Positions 36,681-46,669 are shown, counted from the first letter of the stretch. The stretch is 64,000 nt of DNA from Bacillota bacterium (GCA_023412455.1 JAEYNQ010000267.1:5302-69301), one strand, 5' to 3'. Numbers and translations: made by a program. Notes: generated by a model not told the origin, from the sequence alone.

Positions 36681-38840
36681 ATGAGGTACGAATATGAAAT
36701 GGTTAATTTAAATTGCGCGCATTGTGCAAGCAAAATAGAAGAACAACTCAATAAATCTAAGCAGTTCCATTCAGTAAACTTAAATTTTATGTTAAAGAAA
36801 TTAACATTAGAAAGCAAAGAACTTAGGGATAAAGAAGAAGTGCGAAGCTATGTTCAAGAAGTAGTGGATAGTATTGAGAGAGGTGTAGAAATCCTTCACC
36901 TTAGAGAAGCTTCTCAGGATTGTTCATACTGTCATAACACTTCTTGTGATTGTGAAGACTTAGAAACCAATGAGGCGAAAGGTCTTAAAAAGTTAATAGG
37001 TAATCCTCTCAGTGAACTCTCTCTATTAGTCATAAGTATCGTTTTATTAATTAGTGGGAGTATGTTAAAGCAAGATAGTTTATTCATCATAGCGTATATC
37101 GTTATAGGCTATGATGTCATTTGGCAAGCTGTAAAAAACCTTTTAAAAGGGCGTATGTTAGATGAAAATTTCCTAATGACTTTGGCTACTGTAGCTGCTT
37201 TTATAATTGGCGAATATCCTGAAGCAGTTGCTGTTATGCTTTTTTATAAGGTCGGCGAGTATTTACAAGGAAAAGCCATTAATTATTCGACCAAGCAGAT
37301 AGAAAAAGCCATGGATATTCGTCCTGACTTTGCCCGTGTTATAAGAGAGAAAGTGGTTACCGTAGCCCCACAAGAGGTAAAAGTAGGTGAAGTCATCGAA
37401 GTCAGAGCAGGAGAAAAAATACCTTTAGATGGATACGTAATAGAAGGAGTAGGGAACTTGGATACTTCCATGCTAACAGGAGAATCACTTCCTAGCCAAG
37501 TAAGTGAGGGGCATGAAGTATTAAGTGGGGCAATAAATAAAAATGGCCTACTTAAAATAAAGGTCACAGAAGCTTTTGAGACCAGTACAGTTTCTAAAAT
37601 ATTAGAACTTATAAAAAATGCCAGTAATAAAAAATCTCACTCCGAACAGTTTATTACTAAATTTGCCAAGTGGTATACACCTATTGTAGTTATTGCTGCT
37701 CTAGTAGTAGCTATTATTCCTTCTCTTCTAACAGGCGAGTGGCAACATTATATTTATACAAGTATTGTATTTCTTGTTATTTCTTGCCCTTGTGCGCTGG
37801 TTGTATCTGTCCCACTTGGTTTTTTTGGAGGGATTGGGGCAGCTTCTAAAGAGGGAGTATTAGTAAAAGGAAGTAACTATTTAGAAGAGCTGAATACAAT
37901 GGATACCTTGGTATTAGATAAGACAGGAACCATTACAAAAGGAAGCTTTGAGGTCACCCATATCCTAGGAGAAGAAGGAAGTAAGGAAGAAATACTCTAC
38001 TATGCTGCACAGTTAGAAGCTCTTTCTAATCATCCCATAGCAAAATCTATTGTTAAAGCTTATGGGAAAAAAGAGTTGTCAGAGGCAGAGGTTACAGAAT
38101 ATGAAGAAGTAAGTGGTCAAGGTATAGTTGGGAAGATTAAGGGAGAGAGAGTATTAGTAGGTAATGAAGAACTTATGCTAGCTTATGGGATTAAACCACT
38201 GGAAACAACAGAGATAGGTTCTAGAGTACATGTAGCAAAGGAGGGGCAGTATCTGGGCTGTATCATTGTAGCAGATGAAGTAAAAGAGGACAGCCAAAGG
38301 GCTATTGCTGCTCTAAAGGAAAGAGGAATAAAGAAAATCATTATGCTGACAGGAGATAAAAAAGAATTTGCTGAATACATTGGCCAAAAGGTGGGAGTAG
38401 ACGAGGTTTATTCAGGGCTTTTACCACAGGATAAGGTGGTTAAATTGGAGGAAAAATTAAGAGAAGGGAAAGTGGCTTTTGTAGGAGATGGCATCAACGA
38501 TGCCCCTGTCCTAGCTCGTGCAGATATTGGAATGGCTATGGGAGGGATAGGCTCAGATGCTGCCATAGAAGCAGCAGATGTGGTTATTATGACAGACAGT
38601 CTAAGCTCTATTGGAGATCTTCTGGATGTGGCTAAACGAACGCGACGGATTGTGACACAAAATATAGTCCTTGCTCTTGGAGTAAAGTTCATAGTACTTC
38701 TATTAGGCCTCATTGGTTTTGCCAATATGTGGTTAGCTGTCTTTGCAGATGTAGGGGTATCACTTTTGGCAGTTATTAATTCATTACGTGTTTTAGGGAA
38801 AAATCAAGGTTTCATTTTAGAAGCACTCAAGAACAAATAG
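36681..38840 (+). CDS. Heavy-metal (Zn/Cd/Pb-type) P1B-ATPase
   Basis: The start is MRYEYEM after a GAGGAGG RBS. It has an N-terminal HMA-like CAHC plus CSYCHNTSCDC, a TM CPC motif, DKTGTIT, SNHP and GDGINDAP. Confidence 0.88.
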   Translation: MRYEYEMVNLNCAHCASKIEEQLNKSKQFHSVNLNFMLKKLTLESKELRDKEEVRSYVQEVVDSIERGVEILHLREASQDCSYCHNTSCDCEDLETNEAKGLKKLIGNPLSELSLLVISIVLLISGSMLKQDSLFIIAYIVIGYDVIWQAVKNLLKGRMLDENFLMTLATVAAFIIGEYPEAVAVMLFYKVGEYLQGKAINYSTKQIEKAMDIRPDFARVIREKVVTVAPQEVKVGEVIEVRAGEKIPLDGYVIEGVGNLDTSMLTGESLPSQVSEGHEVLSGAINKNGLLKIKVTEAFETSTVSKILELIKNASNKKSHSEQFITKFAKWYTPIVVIAALVVAIIPSLLTGEWQHYIYTSIVFLVISCPCALVVSVPLGFFGGIGAASKEGVLVKGSNYLEELNTMDTLVLDKTGTITKGSFEVTHILGEEGSKEEILYYAAQLEALSNHPIAKSIVKAYGKKELSEAEVTEYEEVSGQGIVGKIKGERVLVGNEELMLAYGIKPLETTEIGSRVHVAKEGQYLGCIIVADEVKEDSQRAIAALKERGIKKIIMLTGDKKEFAEYIGQKVGVDEVYSGLLPQDKVVKLEEKLREGKVAFVGDGINDAPVLARADIGMAMGGIGSDAAIEAADVVIMTDSLSSIGDLLDVAKRTRRIVTQNIVLALGVKFIVLLLGLIGFANMWLAVFADVGVSLLAVINSLRVLGKNQGFILEALKNK

Positions 38841-38885
38841 GCGACAGTTCGTAAAAGGGTTAAGGAGTAAGTTAGTGACAAGGAT

Positions 38886-39620
38886 TTAGGCTTCAGGAGG
38901 AGTCCAGTTAATTAGTTCTAGGTAGTAAGCTTGGATATGTTTGGCAGTATCTAATGCATCAGGTGGAACGGGGACAATCACCGAATAACAAACAGTGGAG
39001 CCAATCTCAGGTGTACGATATAAGAATTGCAAAGAATACTCCACGTCAAGGTCAATACGAATATCTTCTAATAAGTAAATAGACTTTTGGAGGAAGAAGA
39101 TTTCATCCAAAAAGAAGAAGCAGTCTTCGCCAAATAGAGCTTCTACAGGTTGATTGAATAAGGCATTATAATAGTGAGGAAGATAGATGGCTATAATGAT
39201 TCCTACTATAAGGCTTAAGGTAGCCATAGTAATACTTAAAAGGGTGGAATAAGTCTCGTTAGTAAGAAAGATAATAAAAGAGAGGGTAAGAAGTAGAAAG
39301 ATAAAAAGAATACTTGTGTAAATAGCAGAGGTTTTTTTCTCTTTAATAAGTTCCGTCATAAGAGAAGAGGTATGGGGCGCATAATGCCAATGAGCTAATA
39401 AAGTGGTTGTTCCATTCATGAGATACCTTATTTTAGTATATTTTTTATTATGACTTATATAAGAAGAAATACCCATGCTAATGAAGCAAACTCCGAAAAT
39501 AGCAAGCATGCTTTGACTTGCTATGGATAGGTTAGGAAATAAAATATAGACAGAACAAGTAGCTAGACCTAATAGTAAAACTGCTAATGAGACAATAGCG
39601 TAAGCACGTTCCCTTTTCAT
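38886..39620 (-). CDS. Hypothetical integral membrane protein (about 5 TM plus a ~70-aa soluble C-terminus)
   Basis: It has a strong RBS (AAAGGAGG) and a clear TM pattern. I recognise no family. Confidence 0.5.
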   Translation of the reverse strand: MKRERAYAIVSLAVLLLGLATCSVYILFPNLSIASQSMLAIFGVCFISMGISSYISHNKKYTKIRYLMNGTTTLLAHWHYAPHTSSLMTELIKEKKTSAIYTSILFIFLLLTLSFIIFLTNETYSTLLSITMATLSLIVGIIIAIYLPHYYNALFNQPVEALFGEDCFFFLDEIFFLQKSIYLLEDIRIDLDVEYSLQFLYRTPEIGSTVCYSVIVPVPPDALDTAKHIQAYYLELINWTPPEA

Positions 39621-39772
39621 AGTAGTCCTCCTTTTCTACTCATAAAAATAGCCTATTAATAGTATATGAAAAATAGTATAAAAATGTTACAAATGTAAAA
39701 AGATACAAGAATAAAAATTAAAAAGTGTGACACAATAAATGAAAGACATACTAGGAAGGTTGGTGATAAAAA

Positions 39773-39928
39773 ATGGCAAAGGCAGGTATGAGAAGGCCTG
39801 ATGTAAATGAACCTCATGGAACAGAAAGCAATAAAAAGGCACACTTCCCTAAGAATGAACAACAACCTGTACCAGAGATACAGGGAAAAGCTAAAACAGG
39901 TCATGCAAAAGCAGGTAAAATCTATTAA
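39773..39928 (+). CDS. Small hydrophilic basic protein (51 aa), not in the ORF track; minor-SASP-like composition
   Basis: The sequence is MAKAGMRRPDVNEPHGTESNKKAHFPKNEQQPVPEIQGKAKTGHAKAGKIY. An RBS (GGAAGGTTGGTG) lies 8 nt upstream and CATACTA sits at 39747-39753. It is short, so coding status is unproven. Confidence 0.35.
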   Translation: MAKAGMRRPDVNEPHGTESNKKAHFPKNEQQPVPEIQGKAKTGHAKAGKIY

Positions 39929-40196
39929 GTATAGGAGGGTGACTACTGGTCATCCTCTTTGTAGATGAAATAAAAATAAAGTATAAAGGTACTAGTAATT
40001 TGCTTGACATACATAATATAATAAAATAGTATTAGTAAAGATAGATAAGGCTAATAAAAGCAGAAGTAATATACCATACTAAAAAGGAGTGTGACTATTG
40101 ATGGACGTCGGACCGAGTTATAGGCGTGGCGAAATGAAATTAAATAAAATAATCAACACTCTAATTTATTGCTTTTGGTAGCTTTATTTTATATGC

Positions 40197-40233
40197 CATC
40201 CTTTGTGGTAAATTAGTGTGTGGGCAAAGGATG
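40197..40233 (+). promoter_or_regulatory. Hairpin sequestering the corA ribosome-binding site
   Basis: CATCCTTTG (40197-40205) pairs with CAAAGGATG (40225-40233). The 3' arm contains the AAAGGA RBS of the GTG at 40241. Confidence 0.4.
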
Positions 40234-40240
40234 TGTAAAA

Positions 40241-41173
40241 GTGAAAAATATTTATAAGACATTTGAGACAGGATTTAGACAAATAGATGATTTTGAAGAG
40301 GGAGCTTGGATTAATCTTATTAATCCTACACCACAAGAAATCAATGAAGTATCTTCTGAATTTAACATAGAAGTTAATCACATTTTATCCGCATTAGATG
40401 AAGAAGAACGTGCACGTATTGAAGTAGATGATAACTGTACGGTCATCATTGTGGATGTACCTATAAAAGAGACCGAAGAAGGGGCAGGGGAATATGCTAC
40501 TATTCCTATGAGTATTATTGTAGGCGATAAATTTATTATTACAGCCTGCCTTAAAAATGTACAAATTCTAGATGACTTTAGTTGTGGCAAGATCAAGGGC
40601 TTTTTTACTTATAAAAAGACGCGCTTTATTTTGCAATTACTGTATAAAAATGCTTCTTGTTACCTTCAATATCTACGTTACATTGATCGTATGAGTCATA
40701 AGATTGAGCAAGAGCTCCATAAATCTATGAAAAATAAGGAACTTATTCAACTCCTTGATCTAGAGAAGAGTTTGGTGTATTTCACAACCTCCCTTCGTTC
40801 TAATGAAATCGTATTAGAAAAAATGATGCGTATGGAGGCTATTAAACAATATCCAGAAGATGAAGATTTATTAGAGGATGTTATTATCGAAAATAAACAG
40901 GCCATTGAAATGGCTAATATTTATAGCAATATTTTAAGTGGAACAATGGATGCCTTTGCTTCTGTCATCTCCAACAACTTAAATATTGTAATGAAGACAT
41001 TAACCTCTATTACGATTGTCATATCTATCCCCACAATGATGGCGAGTTTCTGGGGGATGAACGTTGATGTACCCCTTAGAAATAATCCCTTTGCTTTTAT
41101 GTATATCATTGGGATTTCTGTTATAGTAACCTTTATCCTAACTGTTTTTATGATGAGGAAAAAATTATTCTAG
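40241..41173 (+). CDS. corA: CorA-family magnesium/cobalt transporter
   Basis: It has the C-terminal FWGMNV motif between two TM helices. The start could be GTG 40241 (RBS AAAGGA) or GTG 40220 as in the track. Confidence 0.85.
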   Translation: MKNIYKTFETGFRQIDDFEEGAWINLINPTPQEINEVSSEFNIEVNHILSALDEEERARIEVDDNCTVIIVDVPIKETEEGAGEYATIPMSIIVGDKFIITACLKNVQILDDFSCGKIKGFFTYKKTRFILQLLYKNASCYLQYLRYIDRMSHKIEQELHKSMKNKELIQLLDLEKSLVYFTTSLRSNEIVLEKMMRMEAIKQYPEDEDLLEDVIIENKQAIEMANIYSNILSGTMDAFASVISNNLNIVMKTLTSITIVISIPTMMASFWGMNVDVPLRNNPFAFMYIIGISVIVTFILTVFMMRKKLF

Positions 41174-41197
41174 GGGTTAGTTAGAAATGAAAACAAT

Positions 41198-41268
41198 AAA
41201 GCTGGCTAAAAGGTAGCTCCTTGTACTTCAAATGAAGTATAAGGAGCTACTTTTTAGCCAGCTTTTAA
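41198..41268 (+). terminator. Very long hairpin (32-bp stem) downstream of corA; probable terminator or processing site
   Basis: AAAGCTGGCTAAAAGGTAGCTCCTTGTACTTC pairs with GAAGTATAAGGAGCTACTTTTTAGCCAGCTTT. The only two imperfections are G-U pairs when read on the plus strand. Confidence 0.6.
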
Positions 41269-41540
41269 TAGTCTTTGCTAAAAAAGCAAAAAGTACTTTA
41301 AGTAAAATCTGACAAGAAATAACAAGTTAAAAATAAATTATAAGATAAAATATTAATATTTATACAAAAATAATTTAAAAAGTATTATAATATAAAATAT
41401 TCGGATAAATTAAGAAGGGGGGATATCATTCTTTTCTGGACATACGGTGCAGGTTACTTACATGGCATTATTGAAATTAAATAGTAATCAAGATTTAAAT
41501 AGGTGCAATCAATAATATAAACAATGTGAGGTGTTAATCA

Positions 41541-43067
41541 ATGGATCAACAATTTAATACTTTGGAATTCTACAAAAAAAGAGTGGGGAAGAGTATTTTC
41601 TTTATAAGTTTTACTGGGATCATAGGCGGAATTGTGGCGGCAGTGATGTCACTACTGATAGGTGCCTATCAGTCAACACCAAGAATTATGTTTGTTCTAT
41701 TTATAGGGTTAGCTATTTCTGAAATGATCTATTTTATAGTTATGTATAAGAAATACCTGGCAACAGAAGAGTTGATATTACAAAACTATAGTTTATTAAA
41801 GTGGTCAACCTGTATTATATGTATCTTTAATTATGCATGGGTAGTAAACTTAATGCCAAATCAAATATTATGGGCGACATTTATGTTTTTTTTATTAGTC
41901 CTTGGTATTTTTCAAGATTTCAAGCTGACCAGCCTTTGCTCCATTATTTATGGGATGATAGCCATTGTTTTCTTAGCAACACATTCCATAGAGTCATTGC
42001 AGCAAATACCAGTTGTTGATGAGGTAGTAGCAAGAGTGGAAGTATTGGTACTAGGAATAGGAGGTATTTTAGTTGCAGGATACTTCGCAGGTCATATTTT
42101 GTCTAATGTTGGACAAGAAATGATGAATAAAAATACAGAGAAGCTAGTAAGTGTCATTGGTAAGGTTAGTGAATTAATGGATAAGCTAAATGCAGCTACC
42201 AAAACATTATTAAGCATTGCTCAGGAAGAAAACGCTTCTATGGAAGAAATTACTAGTGTTAGCGCCCAGATTGTGGACGATAATGCTACTGTTATTGATA
42301 AATCAGGAGATAGTCATGACAAGTTGGTAGTATTAAGAAGAGAAGTTGGAAATATTACTAATAAAGTGCAGGAAACCAAGAAAATTTGTGGACAACTGGT
42401 GCAGATATCAGCAACCAATGAACAGGCCCTTAATAATGTGCTTAATATCAGTAGTGATATTGAGCAGTCAATCAGTAATACATTAACAGTGACAGCAAGA
42501 CTTCAGAATAAGGTAGATGAGATTGATAACTTACTCAAACTCATTGAGAATATTTCACAAGAGACCAATCTGTTAGCATTAAATGCATCTATTGAAGCGG
42601 CTCGGGCTGGTGAAGAGGGACGAGGCTTTGCAGTGGTAGCTGAGCAGGTAAAGAAGCTGTCTGAAAATACCTCTATGTCATTAAAAGATGTAAAAGAAGT
42701 TATTGAAATATTTAAAAAGGATACCTACCAGGTTGAAATGCTAATGGAAGATAATGTGCGACAGATTAAAGAGCAAAACAAAGTGACGTATGACACAGTC
42801 AATGCCATAAAGGAAATGATGAAGTCATTGGATGAATCTGCAGTACAAGTGGGACATGTGGAGCAGCTTACTAATCAGCAGAATACATACACTGAAGAAA
42901 TCGTAGTATTTAATGAACAGGTACAGACATGCATTAAAGAGCAGGTTGGTAGAATGGAAAATATTTCAACATTAATTGAGGATAATAGAAGAGCTATTGA
43001 GCAAATTGTATTACAAGTAGATGATTTGGATGAAATAGTGGCGGAGATACACACTATTTTAAAGTAA
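41541..43067 (+). CDS. Methyl-accepting chemotaxis protein with a polytopic (about 6 TM) N-terminal sensor
   Basis: It has the signalling-hairpin signature [31 protein letters not shown]. Confidence 0.88.
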   Translation: MDQQFNTLEFYKKRVGKSIFFISFTGIIGGIVAAVMSLLIGAYQSTPRIMFVLFIGLAISEMIYFIVMYKKYLATEELILQNYSLLKWSTCIICIFNYAWVVNLMPNQILWATFMFFLLVLGIFQDFKLTSLCSIIYGMIAIVFLATHSIESLQQIPVVDEVVARVEVLVLGIGGILVAGYFAGHILSNVGQEMMNKNTEKLVSVIGKVSELMDKLNAATKTLLSIAQEENASMEEITSVSAQIVDDNATVIDKSGDSHDKLVVLRREVGNITNKVQETKKICGQLVQISATNEQALNNVLNISSDIEQSISNTLTVTARLQNKVDEIDNLLKLIENISQETNLLALNASIEAARAGEEGRGFAVVAEQVKKLSENTSMSLKDVKEVIEIFKKDTYQVEMLMEDNVRQIKEQNKVTYDTVNAIKEMMKSLDESAVQVGHVEQLTNQQNTYTEEIVVFNEQVQTCIKEQVGRMENISTLIEDNRRAIEQIVLQVDDLDEIVAEIHTILK

Positions 43068-43078
43068 GATAGAAACTA

Positions 43079-43125
43079 AAAAGCGATTCAGCACTGTTTC
43101 AATTAGGTGATGAATCGCTTTTTTA
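43079..43125 (+). terminator. Terminator between convergent MCP and ileS genes
   Basis: AAAGCGATTCA pairs with TGAATCGCTTT and is followed by TTTT. Confidence 0.65.
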
Positions 43126-43157
43126 TAGGCTTAATTTCTTACCTTGTTTTAATAAGT

Positions 43158-46100
43158 TTAAGCTTTTTTAACAGTTAAAGTAACAGCTTCCCCATTGATG
43201 TTCCAGTCTTTTGTGAACCCACCTTCAAGGGTGCCTGCTCCTACACGATGTGCAAGTACTTCAGAGGCAATATAATCTGCATGTTTAGCCATGATTGTTG
43301 CCACTCTATCATTGTCTGTGTAAGCCACTTCAATATGATCTTGAACTTCAAAGTTAGCTTCTTTTCTCATGGTTTGAATTTTAGAGATGATTTCACGTAC
43401 GAAACCTTCTTCAAGAAGTTCTTCTGTAAGGTTGGTATCAATAACAACGGTATACCCATTGTCCGTAGCAGCTACATAGCCTTCTTTTTGAGCTGTACTA
43501 ATAAGCAAGTCTTCTTTAGTAAGCTCAATAGTTTGGTCTTCAATGGTTAATTTAAGAACGCCCTTAGCATTAAGTTCAGCCATAGCAGCTGTTCCGTCTA
43601 ATTCAGTTAAAGCCGTTCGGATGGCATTAAGCATTTTACCATATTTGGGTCCTAATGTACGCATTTGTGGTTTGAAGCTATAAGAAATAAAATCAGCAGC
43701 TTCAGTAGTAAATTCTACATGCTTAACATTTAATTCTTCTGCAACAATAGAGATGAATTCTTCTGGCAAGATTTCTGTTGCCCCCACATACATTGTTCCA
43801 ATAGGTTGACGGTTTTTGATATTGCTCTCATTACGACAGCTACGTCCCAAAACGACAATATCAAGGACTTCGTTCATATGCTTTTCAAGGTTTTTGTCAA
43901 TCATACCTTGGTCAAAGGCTGGGAAATCACATAAGTGAACACTAAGTGGTGCAGTCTCATCTACAGACCTAACAAGGTTTTGGTAAATTTGCTCTGCCAT
44001 AAATGGGATGAATGGTGCAGCGATTTTAGCAAGTGTAACAAGTACTGTGTGAAGCGTCTTGTAAGCATTAACCTTATCTTGTGGCATATCACTTTGCCAG
44101 AAGCGTTCACGAGAACGACGAACGTACCAATTAGATACATCATCAATGAAGTCTTGCATCTCACGAGCGGCTTCAAAGATACGGTAGTTTTCAAGATGTT
44201 CATCTACATTTTGAACCACTGTATGAAGTCTTGAAAGAATCCATTTATCCATCCTATTTAAGGTATCATATTTGAGCTCATATTGAGTAGGATCAAAGTT
44301 ATCAATATTGGCATAAAGGACGTAGAAAGCATAAGTGTTCCAGAAGGTCCCCATAAATTTGCGTTGGGACTCACTGACATTTTCACCTGCAAATCGACTT
44401 GGAAGCCATGGAGCAGAAGCGGAGTAGAAGTACCAACGAACAGCATCAGCACCTTGTACATCTAGAACAGACCAAGGATCCACTACGTTACCTTTGTGCT
44501 TACTCATTTTAACCCCGTCTTTGTCTCCTACATGTCCAAGCACGATGACATTTTTGTAAGGTGATTGATCAAAGATGAGGGTAGAGATGGCCATTAAGGT
44601 GTAGAACCATCCTCGGGTTTGGTCAACAGCTTCTGAGATGAAGTCAGCTGGGAAGTTTTCTTCGAAGACTTCTTTGTTTTCAAAAGGATAGTGAAGTTGT
44701 GCAAATGGCATAGAACCACTATCATACCAACAGTCAATAACATCAGATACCCTTGTCATTGTGCCACCACATTCTGGGCAGTTAAGGTGAACATTATCAA
44801 TGTATGGTTTGTGAAGCTCGATAGCATCTGGACAATCAGAACTCATAGCTTTAAGTTCTTGGATGCTTCCAATCATGTGTTTGTGACCGCATTTACATTC
44901 CCAAATAGGAAGAGGTGTTCCCCAGTATCTTGAACGAGAAAGTCCCCAGTCAATAACACCTTCAAGGAAGTTACCAAAACGTCCTTCACCAATAGATGGA
45001 GGCATCCAGTTAACAGTATTATTATTTTTAACCAGGTTATCCCGAACTTTAGTCATTTCGATGAACCAAGTATCCCGTGCATAGTAGATAAGAGGCGTAT
45101 CACATCGCCAACAATGGGGGTAACTATGGGTGTGGGGAATGGTTTTAAAGAGAGTGCCTTGCTCCCTTAAATACTTAAGAATATCTTTGTCCGCTTCCTT
45201 TACAAAGACATCTGTTAAGTGAGGGAATACAGCTGTAAATTCTTCTGTAAAGTGGCCTTGTTCATTAACCAGTTGAAGGAATGGCAGGTTGTTGCTACGA
45301 CCAACTCGGGCATCATCTTCACCAAAGGCAGGCGCAATATGAACAATACCTGTACCATCAGTCAGTGTAACGTAATCATCAGCTACTACAAAGAAAGCCT
45401 TTTTATCCAGCTTGCCACAAGTGAAGAGTGGGGCATATTCTAAGCCACAAAGTTCTTTGCCTGGAAACTTAGCGCGTATTTCGACGCCTTCTGTACCTAG
45501 CACACTTTCAACGAGAGACTCGGCTAAGATATAGGTAGCTCCTTCAAAGGTAGCTTTGACATAGGTGTGATTTGGATTCACACAAAGTGCCACGTTAGAT
45601 GGAAGTGTCCAAGGAGTGGTTGTCCAAGCTAAGAGATAGGTATTTTCTTCACCCATTACTTTGAAGCGACAAGTAGCTGTTTGATCTTTGATATCTTTAT
45701 AGCCTTGTGCTACTTCGTGGGAAGAAAGAGAGGTTCCACAACGTGGGCAGTAAGGCACGATTTTATGACCTTTATAAATGAGATCCTTATTCCAGATTTC
45801 TTTAAGAGACCACCATACGGATTCGATGTAATTATTATCATAAGTTACATAAGGGTTTTCCATATCTACCCAGTAACCTACGCGATCAGACATCTTTTCC
45901 CATTCGTTCTGGTATTTCCAAACACTTTCTTTACATTTTTCAATGAAAGGTTCAATGCCATAATCTTCGATTTGTGGCTTGCCACTGATGCCAAGAAGCT
46001 TCTCTACTTCTAGTTCTACGGGAAGGCCATGGGTATCCCAACCAGCCTTACGAAGTACTTTATAACCTTTCATAGCTTTGTAACGGGGCATAATATCTTT

Positions 46101-46298
46101 TACAGTACGTGTTAAGATATGGCCAATATGAGGTTTGCCATTAGCTGTTGGGGGGCCATCGTAAAAGGTAAATACAGGTCCACCCTCTCTTGATTTAATT
46201 GATTCTTCAAATACATTGTTTTGCTTCCAAAACTCTAAGACTTCAAGTTCTCTGTCTACAAAGTTAAGGGCAGCGTCGACTTTTTTGTACATTGTCAT
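43158..46298 (-). CDS. ileS: Isoleucine--tRNA ligase (long, type-2 form)
   Basis: It has the HIGH motif (PPTANGKPHIGH) and the KMSKS motif (KMSKHKGN), is 1046 aa, and is preceded by an Ile T-box. Confidence 0.95.
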   Translation of the reverse strand: MTMYKKVDAALNFVDRELEVLEFWKQNNVFEESIKSREGGPVFTFYDGPPTANGKPHIGHILTRTVKDIMPRYKAMKGYKVLRKAGWDTHGLPVELEVEKLLGISGKPQIEDYGIEPFIEKCKESVWKYQNEWEKMSDRVGYWVDMENPYVTYDNNYIESVWWSLKEIWNKDLIYKGHKIVPYCPRCGTSLSSHEVAQGYKDIKDQTATCRFKVMGEENTYLLAWTTTPWTLPSNVALCVNPNHTYVKATFEGATYILAESLVESVLGTEGVEIRAKFPGKELCGLEYAPLFTCGKLDKKAFFVVADDYVTLTDGTGIVHIAPAFGEDDARVGRSNNLPFLQLVNEQGHFTEEFTAVFPHLTDVFVKEADKDILKYLREQGTLFKTIPHTHSYPHCWRCDTPLIYYARDTWFIEMTKVRDNLVKNNNTVNWMPPSIGEGRFGNFLEGVIDWGLSRSRYWGTPLPIWECKCGHKHMIGSIQELKAMSSDCPDAIELHKPYIDNVHLNCPECGGTMTRVSDVIDCWYDSGSMPFAQLHYPFENKEVFEENFPADFISEAVDQTRGWFYTLMAISTLIFDQSPYKNVIVLGHVGDKDGVKMSKHKGNVVDPWSVLDVQGADAVRWYFYSASAPWLPSRFAGENVSESQRKFMGTFWNTYAFYVLYANIDNFDPTQYELKYDTLNRMDKWILSRLHTVVQNVDEHLENYRIFEAAREMQDFIDDVSNWYVRRSRERFWQSDMPQDKVNAYKTLHTVLVTLAKIAAPFIPFMAEQIYQNLVRSVDETAPLSVHLCDFPAFDQGMIDKNLEKHMNEVLDIVVLGRSCRNESNIKNRQPIGTMYVGATEILPEEFISIVAEELNVKHVEFTTEAADFISYSFKPQMRTLGPKYGKMLNAIRTALTELDGTAAMAELNAKGVLKLTIEDQTIELTKEDLLISTAQKEGYVAATDNGYTVVIDTNLTEELLEEGFVREIISKIQTMRKEANFEVQDHIEVAYTDNDRVATIMAKHADYIASEVLAHRVGAGTLEGGFTKDWNINGEAVTLTVKKA

Positions 46299-46344
46299 CC
46301 TCCTACATAGATTCTATAAATAAACTGGATAGTTTTGGATTTTA

Positions 46345-46605
46345 GAGCATAAAAAGAGCCCCTTCATCCATTAACAGGACGAAAGAGCGTATTGACGTCA
46401 TCTTCCGCGGTACCACCTGATTTGCCTAATGAGGCCACTCGTTATACCTTTCCTTACGATAACGGTAGGAAACCGTCAGAGCCTACTTAGACAATCTGTC
46501 TCTTTTCAGTCTGCCACTCCAAGGTGATTTTTCCTATTTATTAGCATATGGGCTTCCACCAACCCCACTCGCTTGAACGCATCGTAAATAGTACTAGTCC
46601 TTTTC
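46345..46605 (-). promoter_or_regulatory. T-box leader, Ile specifier (AUC)
   Basis: On the minus strand it has AATCAGGTGGTACCGCG (T-box, plus-strand 46407-46418 region) and the F-box CCGTTA. The specifier loop reads GGAAAAATCACC, with AUC at 46528-46526. The terminator GCTCTTTCGTCC...GGATGAAGGGGCTCTTTTT spans 46351-46390. Confidence 0.85.
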
Positions 46606-46640
46606 ATTGTGTTTATAAGCTTATAAAAATTAATAGTAAT

Positions 46641-46669
46641 ATTATAAAGTTAAAATTTGCTTTTGTAAA
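46641..46669 (-). promoter_or_regulatory. Sigma-A promoter candidate for the ileS leader
   Basis: On the minus strand: TTTACA, a 17-nt spacer, then TATAAT. Confidence 0.5.

Noticed and set aside
39656-39904. The 82-aa minus-strand ORF in the track
   Set aside because: It has no RBS and an extreme Phe/Leu/Ile/Cys composition typical of antisense reading of AT-rich DNA. It overlaps a plus-strand small ORF that has better translation signals.
40040-40240. An M-box (ykoK) Mg2+ riboswitch upstream of corA
   Set aside because: A local resemblance exists (GTTATAGGCGTGGCG versus the M-box GUUAGGUGAGGC). However, none of the other conserved M-box blocks (ACGCUGCUGCCC, GGUCAACAG, GCUAAAGCUCUACG) is present, and the rest of the leader is AT-rich. 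A cmscan run would settle the question.
43248-46013. Seven short ORFs overlapping ileS (43248-43550, 43935-44234, 43961-44203, 44258-44461, 44283-44465, 44691-44933, 45219-45443, 45681-46013)
   Set aside because: All lie inside the 1046-aa IleRS gene, antisense or in alternative frames, and none has independent signals.
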